From assembly GCA_010015805.1 (NCBI GenBank), contig ML978122.1, positions 2,700,453-2,764,452 on the forward strand: DNA of 64,000 nucleotides. Direction: 5' to 3'. Below the pieces are notes generated by a model, which was not told the DNA's origin, searched no databases, and saw nothing but the letters and a program-made list of their open reading frames with translations. Below are positions 36,803-48,566 of the stretch, in pieces (within the stretch, counting starts at the first letter, position 1; each line of letters opens with the position of its first letter). Position numbers and translations under genes: made by a program. The stretch comes from Rhizodiscina lignyota (lineage: Eukaryota).

Positions 36803-37574
36803 TCATTTCGTCGGAATCTTCTTCAACGGTTTCGCGCTATGCAAGAAATTGTTCGCATATGCCTTCGGCACAAACCTCCGCTCATTCGGCTCCTGAACAA
36901 AGTACTCATACCCCTGCTTCTCCGCAAAACGTATTGCGTCGTCCTTCGACTTGAACGAGATACGCTCGCCCTGCATGAAATCCGCCGAGCTCTGCCATCC
37001 GATTAATGGGTTCTCCCAGCGGTGGCCCTTGGGGAGAGGGTCCCAATCCATCTGCCACGCGTGGGAGTGCCAATCGCCGGATTGAGTTGCTGTTTTGGTG
37101 GGGCGGAAGATACTAAGGAAAGGTATCAGTCAGTATGCGAAGAATGTAGAGCGATTGGCGAAGGCGTTATACCGGACAGTGCGCGCCTGCAAGTCGACTG
37201 GAGCTCCTGAAAGAACTGCAGCGGGGGTTGTGTCGCCGGGCTCGCTGCCGTCCATTACGCGCTTTGGAATTGGGGAGAAGGTACTGGTGGTCTTGTTAGA
37301 GAACATTGAGTTGAGACCAGGCCATGTCGATGCCTTACGAGGTCCGATAATCAACGGCAACATTGTAATCTGGTTCGTGCCTCGGTCGTGCCTCTGCAGC
37401 GCCCTCCTGCCTGATCATTTGCGATTCGCCCGGTTGTGCAGCAGGTGGTTCATTGGGGCTCGATTGGACTGTATTAGCCGCCAACCTGCGCGCAGAGTTG
37501 CTGAAATGTCTTGACGAGAGCTGTGAGGCTCTAACAGCCTGTTGGAGGCGAATTGACCGCTGCAATGCCGCCAT
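36803..37574 (-). CDS. Mitochondrial complex I 18/21-kDa subunit (NDUFS4 homologue)
   Basis: Exons 37574..37339, 37283..37173, 37112..36803. RTVRIFRP.KTATQSG, RWENPLIGWQSSAD, F.SKDDAIRFAEKQGY, KAYANNF. Confidence 0.92.
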
Positions 37575-37811
37575 GGTGAGCTGTTTGTTGATATTGCTCA
37601 GATGTGGCGCTTGAAGTGATGTCGAGCAGCGGGCCTTGGCATTCGGCGGAGGACGACCGGGAAGTTTGCGCAGCGATTTTGAGCTCCAACATCAACAAGC
37701 TTGACCGACAACAATTGAGTTCGTTGCGCATCAGTGAGCTCTGTAAGTTCATCGGATTGAGCTGATGAAGCTGTTTGAGGTGCAATTGCTAACGAGAGCA
37801 GTCCGGCCAAG

Positions 37812-38486
37812 ATGAGTTTCGTTACAAGGCGTGCGCTTTCTACCCTTATTCCCCCGAAGGTAGGTTTGAAGTCACGATGGGTCAATGGAGAGCTGAGCTA
37901 ACTCTTACGCACTCTATAGGTTGCTTCTCCTTCTGTACGTATTCTCTAATTACTGAATACCTCGTCTACGGCGTTGTTGTATCCCCATCGATCAGCCGTA
38001 CCACCGACGTTGCACATCTCCTTCCCAGACCATGCTGAAGATGCCCGCGCTTGTCCACAGTTATACAGCAATACATAAATTTTAAGGAGGCTTAAGAGGT
38101 ATAGAAGAGCTAATGATTCTAAAGGGCATCGGAGCGGCTCAGGATGCTGTCCGTATGCAAAGAGTGGTGAGCTTCTACGAGAAGCTCCCACGCGGTCCTG
38201 CTCCTCCAGCAAAGCCAAGAGGAGTCCTCGAGTGGTACCAAGCGAAATATTTCGGGGACAAGCCGTCTGCTGCCCGTACGTTTGGATGTTTCCGTCAAGT
38301 GGTTCCGATTAGAGTTGCTAACTAAATGCTCTATGTAGCCATCTGGCATCTCATTGCGGCCCTCTCACTCCTCGGCTATGCACAGAACTACTACTTCCAC
38401 CTTCGTGAGTCAAACCAGGGCATGGCTTGGCGTCGAGTGGATTGCTAACGAAAGTGACAGGTCACCACAAGAACAATGCGCACTAG
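37812..38486 (+). CDS. ATP17: Mitochondrial ATP synthase subunit f
   Basis: Five exons: 37812..37859, 37920..37934, 38125..38275, 38339..38404, 38461..38486. RRALSTLIPPKVASPS, RVVSFYEKLPRGPAP, YQAKYFG, YYFHLRHHKNNAH. Confidence 0.92.
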
Positions 38487-39280
38487 ACCCGAGACTGAAG
38501 GCAGCAGTATTACGTTAACGCGGTTCGAATCGTAGCAAGGCTTTGCATGTAAATATAAGCTGGAAGTGGAAAAGTAGCATAGAACCAAGCGATTGTACTA
38601 TTCAATTCCTACCTACTGAGTCAGCCCGACGGGATCACTGGCCTATATATGACATCACGTTGGCCGTTGTCGCGGATGAGATCGCGTTCGTACCCAGCTT
38701 TGCAGTCTTAGTAGAAACACGTCGGAACGAGTGATATATCTAACACAGCTTACGAATCGGAGTTTTGATATACCTACCGTCCGGCGCGTCGTTGATGATG
38801 CAGTCTATCCAGTGCCAAGCCCGTGACTTCTGCCGAAGCCATCCTCGTGCCACGACGACATCTCCTAGCTAAATCATCAACCTCCAAACTCTCGCACAGC
38901 AGCGACGTGTGTTTCCTTTCTTTTTCCCTTGCGCAGAGTCTGCCTTAGGAGCAGCTTGCGTTTCTTCGGTGAAGTACCTCCCAGATCGCGCGACCTTACC
39001 GGTGTCCTTCAGCCTCTTCCGAACGAACACGGACGTCACCGATCTCATCACCTCGCGTTAAGGCCCAAAGATAGAACGTTTCTGCGGAAGCGCCAACTCA
39101 TCGAACCGTGGCGACTTCCATATCTTGACACCAGGTATGCTTTACGCGCCCCCGCGATCAAGCGAATGGTCTTCGCGATCAGTGCCAAGGCCTACACGCT
39201 ACCTTCACAAACTTTACTCGGATAAAGAGAACTTTGCTGATTCTGACGTTATTTCATCCTTTACAGACACAGAAATTGTT

Positions 39281-42200
39281 ATGGCAGAGCAGATCACCCA
39301 AGATGTGGTAAAGGAAGTACAGTCGATGGGTGAACCATCGCCCATCGACGAATCTGCGACAACGACCAGTCACTTCGCCGCCGGCGACGGCCAGGCACAA
39401 CCACCACTTACCAACGATTCCCCTGCCCCGGCAGACCCGAAGTTAGTCGAGAATGCAACAGTGGAACAAGTTCTGGGAGTTGAGGAAGGACGTGCGGCTA
39501 CACCCTCGATCGTGGAAGAGAGTGTCGATGGCTCGCTACAAGTACCAAGTGAGGAGACTGGAAGTAATGCAGCTATTGTGGATCTGAGCGGCGGTTCGGA
39601 CACGGATTCAAGTAGGCCGGATGTGCTTGAGTTGGGCAAGGAGGGCGCTGGCCATGTGCGATCAAATTCGATCAAGAAGCCGGCGACCTTCAAATCCGTC
39701 TCGGTCACGAAGAGCTTTCTTGCCAAAGCGGCGACAGCTTCACCTGCCATTAAAGGTGTTACTGACAGAGGTAACTCTTCTTGGCTTTTTCTTGTGCGCA
39801 GTGACTCCTGACACAGTCCTTAGGTCCATCTCCGGCGTCTGGAAGCACCTCTGTGGCTCAATCTGCGAGGCCTCGTTTAGTAGCAAAGTCTGGAAGTGGC
39901 GGCTTGACCCCGCGCTCTGCTCTTTCCAAGGTGAACGGTGGAGTTGGAGGTCCAGACGCTAGCAAGGTCTGGAATAAGAATCGACGTGAGTTGCGACTGC
40001 CTTGTATCACTCTCCGACTCAAAGTATCTTATCTTTCTCACAGCTATTGCTCCTCCGCCCCCGAAACAATTCACAGATGAGGAACTCAAGCAGCAGTATG
40101 GCATTCACATGGCCACAAGACTGCAAGCTGACGAGACCGGAAAAGAAGCGAAGTGGGCTGACATAGACGACGATGAAGATGACTGGGCGCCTGAATCTGT
40201 CGAATGGATGGACGGCACGAAATCTAGTGTGGTTGCTGGCGAGACTATGCCATCAATGGCCCCCGAAGACGAGGGACGCCCGGCCATGCCTGCACAGGAG
40301 GAGCATCCAGAGATGCCGAAGCCCCCTTCAGCTCCCGTTCAGCGCCCAAGTTCCACTTCGGGGACAAAGACCATCTTGAAACCTGGTGTGCATGCTCAAT
40401 CTCCGGTGAATCAAGGGAAGCCTGGCAACGGCTTGGTTCTGAAGGGCGCTGCTGAGAAGCCAACACTGGTCGCAAAGTCTCCCGCTCCAGTTCCTGTCAA
40501 GTCTCCTTGGGCGGCTTTGCCACCAGTTGATAAGGTTGTTCCCATTGCTCCGCCCGTGCAACCACCGTTTCCATCGAGATTTGCGCAGAGAGACCCGCAT
40601 GGCTTTGATTCACTCCCGCCGGTTTCTAGTGCGAAGGAAATCGCCGCCGATGACTTCAGTCGTGCTTTTCGCGATGAGCAAACAAGTCGAACGCTTTTCG
40701 ATTCGAAATCGGGCCGGTACGAACCCGTGAACGAAACTAGGCGAGGTTCGGTGCGTGACCAAGGATTCCGCCAGCCCGCACTCTTGCAAAGACCAACGGC
40801 GCAAGACCAAAGGACAGCACCTGCAGAGCCATCGGCGGCCTTCCAAACGTCGCGCACCAGTGCGGAAGGTTCGTGGGGAAGACGTCGCGCATCGTCGAGT
40901 GTTAGCGGAGGCAGCGGAAGCTTGGCGCGAAGAATGTCAATTGGCAGGCCGGGAGATGCCGCACTCCCAGCCCTCGATATTCAGACACAAACACAACAGC
41001 GACGCGAATCTCAGTCGTATAGTGGCTCTGGAGTGAGTCCTGTTGACAGTTTTCGCAGTGGTGGTGGGCAATTTGCTCAGATGTCACAAGACGCACGGAC
41101 CCACGCCAGTCCATCAACACCACGGTGGCAACGACCTTCACCAATGCTGGCGCCCGGGCAACCAGTTGAGAATGCTATTAACACTAATACTGCCCAAGAA
41201 ACGCCTGTAGATGGAGAGCCTGCAATTCCGCCAGAGGGTAATGAGTCTCATGCTGAAGCCGTTGCGCGGCAACAGCGTCTCATGACCGAGAAGATTGAAC
41301 GCGCGAAGCAAGCGAAGTTGCGGCGGGAAGAAGAGGAGAGGCGGGAAGAAGCGGCAAAAGCCGAGAGGCTTAGACTAAAGATTGCCAGCCTCGCCCCGCC
41401 ATCGCCGAAACCGAAGGACAATGGCGATGATACCACAATTGATGGCGAGTCGACAATAGCAAAGTCTTCAATAGACCAGCCTCCCCAATCACCCCTTCAA
41501 GACCTTTCAAAGGCTTCCCCTCCGAATCCTTCTCTCCTTCATTCTCTTCCCTCTCCACTAAAACCACCACTTCCTTCAGCAAATGGTGAACCCGCACAAT
41601 TCGGCTTGATCAAACTTCACCCAGCTCAAAGCTTCAGAAAGCCTTCGTCAGAACTTCAATTCTCAAACAAATCTCCATCTATTCCCACCAATTTGTCGTT
41701 CTCGCAGCCTCTGGAAGGCTCCCGACCGGCAGTTTCATCATTTCAGACTACACCAGAATCACAACCAATCTCGAGCACCACTGCAGAAATGGGTCCTCAA
41801 CCCAACATGGCTCCTAAGAGCCCCACCCCATGGACTGCTCCCGCCACCACTGGCAACATCTGGGGTCCAAACGCTGGTAACCGTGGACTCGGCAATGGCA
41901 CTTTCTCGACCAACACGGACAACACCCCAGCTCAACGCGGCGACCGCCACAATCGCATTGCAGGCGGTGGTGCGTTTAGCAATGGCCGCTACACTGCCTC
42001 TGGCGCGGGCCCCCCTCCTGCACAGCAGTCAACCACTCCAATGGCGGCAACCCCTTCCATGTCTGCATCGAATTCCATGTGGGACACCGCCTCCTCCTCC
42101 ACCGGCCTTTGGGCACAGTCCAAGAAGAATGGCAAAGCCGACAAGGAAAGGCACGCGAAGACCCGAGAAGAAGGCTCTGGCATGCACTTCGCTTTCAAGA

Positions 42201-43537
42201 GTCGCCATGTCGCTCTCGATGAGGAGACTGGCAAGCGCACTGGCGAGGTCATGGTGACCACTGATGGTGGTGACATCTCCTTCACTCCCCCTGGTCTCAC
42301 CAACGGCCACACCCAGTCAACTGCAGTCACTCCATCTGCCAGCACCCAGTCTGAGCTTGTCGACTCTATTGCTCAGCCAATTCCTGCTAACGACGTTCCC
42401 ATCAACCGCGCTGTCGGCGCTGAGCGTGCCCATGCTCAGGCAACCTCCAAGCCTGTGTCTCGCTTCTTCCCTGCTCGCACTGGCTCGAACTCGCCTCCAC
42501 CACCGGATGCTCTGAACAACGAGCTCATGGACGGCAATCCGAAGACTCCTGGCGTCAAGTTGCCCGACCCGAAGCCTCAGGTCAAGCTCCCTCCAGCTCC
42601 GACTCACGCTGTTGAGAATGTCACTCCTGTTCAATCTACCTCGATGCCAGTCCTTACGAGCCAACCCCAGCTTCCCATCGCTCAGCGTTCCGAGTGGGCT
42701 GACAGGATTGACCACCTCGTGCATCCTAATAAGACAACCAAGGCTCAACTTGACGCGGCCAGGGCTAAACTTGACGCGTCTACGAAGACTTTCCTGGCAA
42801 ACGCTCCTCGTATGAGCGCAACTCGTTATGGCTCTCCTCCTCGCAGGGCTGCTAAGCCTGTTGCATCCTCCTCCATCGAGACCTTGGACATGGGCGCCGG
42901 CCCGGCTACCTCGCGCAATGGCGCAACTGTCTCCCTGCCTGCCACCTCGCTCACTCAGGCGCCTGTCAAGCGCTACGGTTTCACGATCGACACCTCGGCT
43001 TCTGTCACTAGCAAGAGCACTGCTGAGGAAGACTTCCTCGAGGAGCGCGAATTCGGTTCCCGTCCCATCGTCAAGCTGCCAACCGTTCCGCACATGGCTG
43101 CGCACCTCCCGCACATTCCTCCACCTCCTGCCGCTCGTCACCCGAACAGCCGCTTCCAGCGCGCCGATCCTCTCGAAGTCCTCAGCGGCGATCCTACCAA
43201 CTCTGTCATCGACGTCAAGACGAACCCCAACGGCGTGGTCGTCAACATCCATCTTCACGGCATGGTCCAAGTCAAGACCAAGACGGTTCACATGGTCCCT
43301 CGCAAGCCGTTCTACAATCCCCGCTCCTATTCTGGCCGTGGCAACAAGAAGGGTGGCAACAATGGCAAGGATGGCGAGAACTCTCGTCCGGGCAGCCGCA
43401 AGGCCTCGAACGTCAACATTCCTCAGGCTGGTCCATCCTCTTCTCAGGGCAATCCGTCTAGCCCTCGCACTCCTCGTGGTGGCTTCCCCCGCGGTGGTTG
43501 GGCAAAGAAAGGCCCAGGCAATGGTTTCTCTGGTTGA
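39281..43537 (+). CDS. Large, mostly low-complexity protein of unknown function
   Basis: Exons 39281..39770, 39824..39985, 40044..43537; probable 5'UTR intron 39135..39266. Motif islands FKSVSVTKSFL, VWNKNR, FTDEELKQQYGIHMATRL, KWADIDDDEDDW; charged coiled coil; RGG-containing tail. Confidence 0.8.
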
Positions 43538-46526
43538 TCACTTCAACCACACACCTCACTCACACTTCGTCAAACTTTGGTGGTCAAGTCCAACTTGGGC
43601 CACACACGACACTGGCATTTTGTCAGCTTTGGTGATCAAGTCCGATCACGGCTCTCTGGGATCGGTATAACATGCTTCTTCTTTCGACTTTCGACTTTTT
43701 CCACAACAGCACTAGGGATTACTACCATTGAATCGACTGCCTTCTTCGCGAATGGGCATGCTCTTCTCTGTGAAGGGCCTGATGGTCATCTTTGGTAGTC
43801 ATGGATCCCTCTACGCATCGGCATGTCACTATTTGACACTCAGCCGCTGCTGGCTTATGGTACCCGCTTGATGTACCTAATTTTCTCGACTAAGCTTCTG
43901 CGACTGCTTTCTGACTTTTCTTTTTCTTTTCTCTGGGCTGCTGGATGGTCTGCATGTGTATCACTCTTTAATTTCGAATCGAACGAAACAACATACTTAA
44001 GAAAACTTGATTGTGCCTGCTCTTGACTTGACTGTGATGTGTGACTGAAGTTGATCTTGCACTGTGATTCTCTGCCTCCCACTTCCAGCCCATCTGCTAC
44101 ACGTGACACTTCCAAAGGCCCTGACCGAAACAAATCCGTGTTGAACCAAATAAAGAGTGGTTCGAATACGCAATTGGTCCCATTTCTGGAAGTGAGACAG
44201 TTCCCGAAGGTGAGGGAGCGTTGCGTCACAGCTTGAAGACATTGCATTGCCAAGGTACATAGATACTCTCTCCAATCAAGTCAGACTCTATTTCCTGAAG
44301 CTTGTATTCAAATAAACGGCCTCTAAGCTAAACCGGGCTGTCGGTGAGTCGCATGCTAGGCACGGGCAGTATTCGAAGGTGACGAAGAAGGTGCGACAGC
44401 GCCGCAACTTCCTCGAACTGCTGAACCGCATGGCCTCTTCAGTTAAGACTGATTCTCCAGTCTTCATTAGATCTCCCAGTAAACAGCAAATTGCATCAAG
44501 TACTCTTGCCCCAAGAGCGAAGTTTGTTCATGTTGGACCTCTTTGACTTCACCACTTTATCATCTCCAACGTCTGCCCTCGAAACACCCTTTTCGGACAG
44601 CCTCGCTGGGATCATCCAGGGGGCAATCTAGATCGGGTTGTGAGATCTATTTTCTCTGCAGATCTGGCGTATGATGTTTCAAATCATCTCACATCTCTTT
44701 TGCTGCGTCTTTTTCGTTCAGCTTATGGCAGATCCTCTCGACAGTCTACGCGTCGGTACCCAAGTACCATAGAATCATTTCTTCTTTCTGGCGATTGCTT
44801 CAAAAGGAGAGCAATTCTTTTTATTTTTGAGCCATGTTGACGCCATGGCGCGCCACTACTTTCGGTTAATGCGAGACATCCCGCGTTCCCCACAAGGCTG
44901 AAGAGCCTCAGAAGTACGCATTACGTACACGCGGCGCGGTGGTGAAACATACACCTTCATGGACGATCTCATGCATCCGCACAATACCATGATCATACCT
45001 ATTCTTAAGTCTCACGACAACGGAAAGAACGGTACTGGTAAAGCAGCAAACGACAGACGAGTTTGCTCGCGTGCCATCCAACATTTCGGATGTGATGGCC
45101 GTGTCTCGCCAAGGCGCCGGCGGGCTGATGTGTGACAAGTGACTTTTACGAGTGTCCAAGACTTTTTTCGAATCCCACTCAACCTACTTCGGCGAACTTC
45201 GAGGAGGCTTCCAAGCGGTTATATCTGCATCAAGAGTATCCCTACTACGCTCCATACACGCTCATCTGTCCGTCTTCGGATGTCGTCAGGCGATTCACAT
45301 GCTTCCGTACTCTCCGTCTTATGGAGGTACAGCGCTGTGCATGTTACCTATAAACCTTCCTCGTACAGCAGATCTCCAGCAAGGACAGGGGAAACCTGCG
45401 GCTCTCTCGCTGCCGAAGCATGTGGCATTCCACCAACAGGCACTTGCGCTCGCAGTTCCAACGACCCATGGGCCTCGTTTAGTCGCCTTCCCGGTCCCGT
45501 CTTTGCACCTGCGTCTTCCAGCAGCATGGCAGGACCCGTTATCTCCCGCCGCGCTAAACTAGTCTTGGCAAAATAATGCGTTATCAGAGTGACAAGTTGA
45601 CAACTCAATATCAAAATTCGTTCTGACTCCTGGTTGGCTCTGTTCGTGAATTGTCTGAAATTGGTCTTTTCTCGGCGCGCGTTGGCTCTCAGCATAGTAA
45701 TACAGATTACCTACAACACTGCTCTGTACGGCTGCAGTGCTGACTGTGGAACCAATGGAACCTGGAGAATCAAGCGTTTCCGCCAAGTCGTTTGCCTATC
45801 TCTGTGCTCCTCTGCCAACTTCTGCTCCAGCCGGCTCGGCGCTTCCAGTATGACTCGGTTTTTCGCTTCCACTGTGGTCTAGAGAATTTGGAAGCACATT
45901 TCAATGAGTCCACAGAGTCCTTATCAGTTGCCAAGAGGCTCTTGCCAGCGGGTTCCACTCCCACGCCCCCTGCGCCGCTCAACATTTCGCGGAGGGATGG
46001 ACGTGCGCGTGGGAGTCGCGCACCCAAGTCACGCAATAAGACCCCTGTGGACCTCCGTGGAACCCAAATTTTCAAGAGCCAAGCTCGTTAACACCTGGTC
46101 TGGGCGAGAATAAATGGGTCGACAAAAGTCTTGGGATTCTTAGTCGAGATAGCTCCCGCGACATGGCGAGGAAGAGCGAGGCTCCCCGGGTTTGGCATTA
46201 TTTTGGGGATGACAATTGACCCAGGTCGCTCCTGATATATCAGCTTGGCATTGGTGGAACCCCAGTATAAGCATGCCCCATTTTCCTCTTTCTTTCGGTT
46301 TTTGATCTCCTTGTCTGTCAGATTTGTTGTCAAGCTTCCCTATACAAGACCTCGCCGTAAGATTGGCGACTGGAGTCGACAAGGTCGCTGTTAACAATAG
46401 GAATATTGTTTGAGGCACAAGAGGCAGAAGTTTCACCGTCGACCAATCGATCGGAAAGAAGAGGATTGAATTAAAGAGCTAGGAATTCTTTGGATCTTTT
46501 GCATCCGAGAAAACAAATTCGCAATC

Positions 46527-48265
46527 ATGTCGTACGCTTCGGACAAAGTGGTATGTGTGATCTCGTGCTCTCCTTGTATAGCTTGACTCGCGCTCTTCCC
46601 CAGATTCTTCATCTGCAGAGTGTGCTCCCTGCTAACGACTGTCATACGAATAGCCCGTATTCGATCCAGCCAATCCCAATGGCGGCGACTCTCTCAACAT
46701 CGACGTGAATGCACAGTATGTAGGATTCGAGTACCACTACACATGTACGTATCCCTACGTCGAGCCTCATCAATACCATGTCGGCAATGGTCACTTTTGC
46801 GAATCACACACTAACTGGTTGTCAAGACCTCGTCTTCTGCGGCTTCATCGTCTGGCTCATCATCCCCGGCATCGGTCTCCTTTATGGCGGTCTCGCGCGC
46901 CGCAAGTCCTCGCTCGCGTTGCTCTTCCAATCTCTCATGGTAGCAGCGGTAACGACCTTCCAATGGATGTTCTGGGGCTACACTCTCGCCTACTCGAGGA
47001 CGGCCGGCCCCTTCATCGGCGACATGGCCAACTTCGGTCTGAAGAACGTCTCCGCTGCGCCCTCTCCGGGAAGCCCTGTCATCCCCGAAATCGTCTTCTG
47101 CCTTTACCAGATGCTTTTCTGCGCGTGTACCGTGCAAATCGTCATCGGTGGCAGCTTTGAGCGCGGCAGGATCATGCCTTCGCTCGTCTTCGGCTTCTGC
47201 TGGGCCACCATTGTATACTGCCCCATCGCTTGCTGGACATGGAACGCCAATGGCTGGCTCTTCAACCTCCCTTCGCTCGACTTCGCCGGTGGTGGGCCTG
47301 TCCACATCGCTTCTGGTTGGGCAGCGCTCGCATATGCACTTGTGCTCGGCAAGCGTAGACACGCCGGCGAGAAAGAGCACGGCAAGCCGCACAATACGAC
47401 CCTCGTCTTCCTGGGCACTGTTTTGATCTGGTTCGGTTGGTTCGGCTTCAACGGTGGCTCCGCTCTCAACGCGTCGGTTCGCGCCATGGTGGCTGCGTTC
47501 AACACCAACACTGCTGCCAGCACTGGTATTCTCGGCTGGGTGCTCGTCGACTACATCCGCCACAAGGGCAAGTTCTCTGTGGTGGGCGCATGCGAGGGCG
47601 CTATCGCTGGACTGGTCGGCATCACACCTGCTGCTGGTTATGTTAGCCCGTGGTTGGGTGCTCTCATCGGATTCCTCACTGCCGTTGTATGCGCGTTGCT
47701 GCAGGATCTCAACAAGTGGATTCATATCGATGAGGGTATGGAGGTCTTCAAGCTGCACGGTATCGGTGGTATGGTTGGCAGTTTCTTGACTGGTATCTTT
47801 GCGCAGTGTGAGTACTTCTCATATCCTTCGATATCAAATCACCGCTGACATTGACCAACAGCATGGGTATCCGCCCTTGACGGCACAACCCAAGCCCCCG
47901 GCGGCATCGACGGTGTCGGCGTGCAAGTCGGTCGCCAATTCGCCGAGATCACCGCCATCTCATCCTACTCCTTCGTCGTATCCTGCATCCTGTTGCTCAT
48001 CCTGAAGTACATCCCTGGCATGAACCTGCGCATCAGCGAGGAGGCGGAGATGATCGGTCTCGACGTCGACCAGTTCTTCGACGAGCAGATCGGCGACTGG
48101 AGCATGTTCGAGCAGCTGGAGGCGCGGACGCTCGAGAGCTCCAAGAGCGAGGGGCCAAGCAGTCGCGCGATCAGCGTGAAGCAGGATGAACCGGTTCTCC
48201 CGAAGGGCGTGCTTATGGAGGGCATGGAGCCAAAGGTCACGTCTGAACCGCAGATTACGCAGTGA
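46527..48265 (+). CDS. Ammonium transporter (Amt/MEP family)
   Basis: Exons 46527..46550, 46654..46744, 46827..47807, 47862..48265. PGIGLLYGGL.RRKS, DFAGGGPVH, WFGWFGFNGGS, GLVGITPAAG, HGIGG. Confidence 0.95.
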
Positions 48266-48566
48266 TTTGCGCGTTTTTGGGTTCTGTTTCGTGCAGCTTG
48301 GAGAGTTTATGTCAATATTTTGATTATTCGAGATTTCTTAAGCGACTCTGTATTTGGACCTGATATCCTCTGGCATTGGTGTAGTTGTATCTGCACTATC
48401 TCTTGGAGACCTGATAATTAGAATGCCCAATTCGATGGTTTATCTCCGGTGATCAGACCTGCCCGTCATTAGGTCATTGTTTAGATTACATAGTATCAAA
48501 CATCTCGTCAGTTTCTAAATCAATGACTTCGCAGAATCGGTGTCTCTCCGCTTCTAACCCAGCGGC

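Noticed and set aside
38505..38540. GGTTCGAATC resembling a tRNA T-loop
   Set aside because: No cloverleaf, D-arm or acceptor stem; lies in the ATP17 3' region.
44300..46075. Several 70-145 aa ORFs between the large unknown gene and Amt
   Set aside because: No consistent frame, splice model or motif; could be a decayed gene but not supportable.
46811..47758. 315-aa minus ORF (and similar shadows at 42317..43291, 6737..7573 and 7392..8285)
   Set aside because: Antisense to well-supported genes; explained by codon bias.
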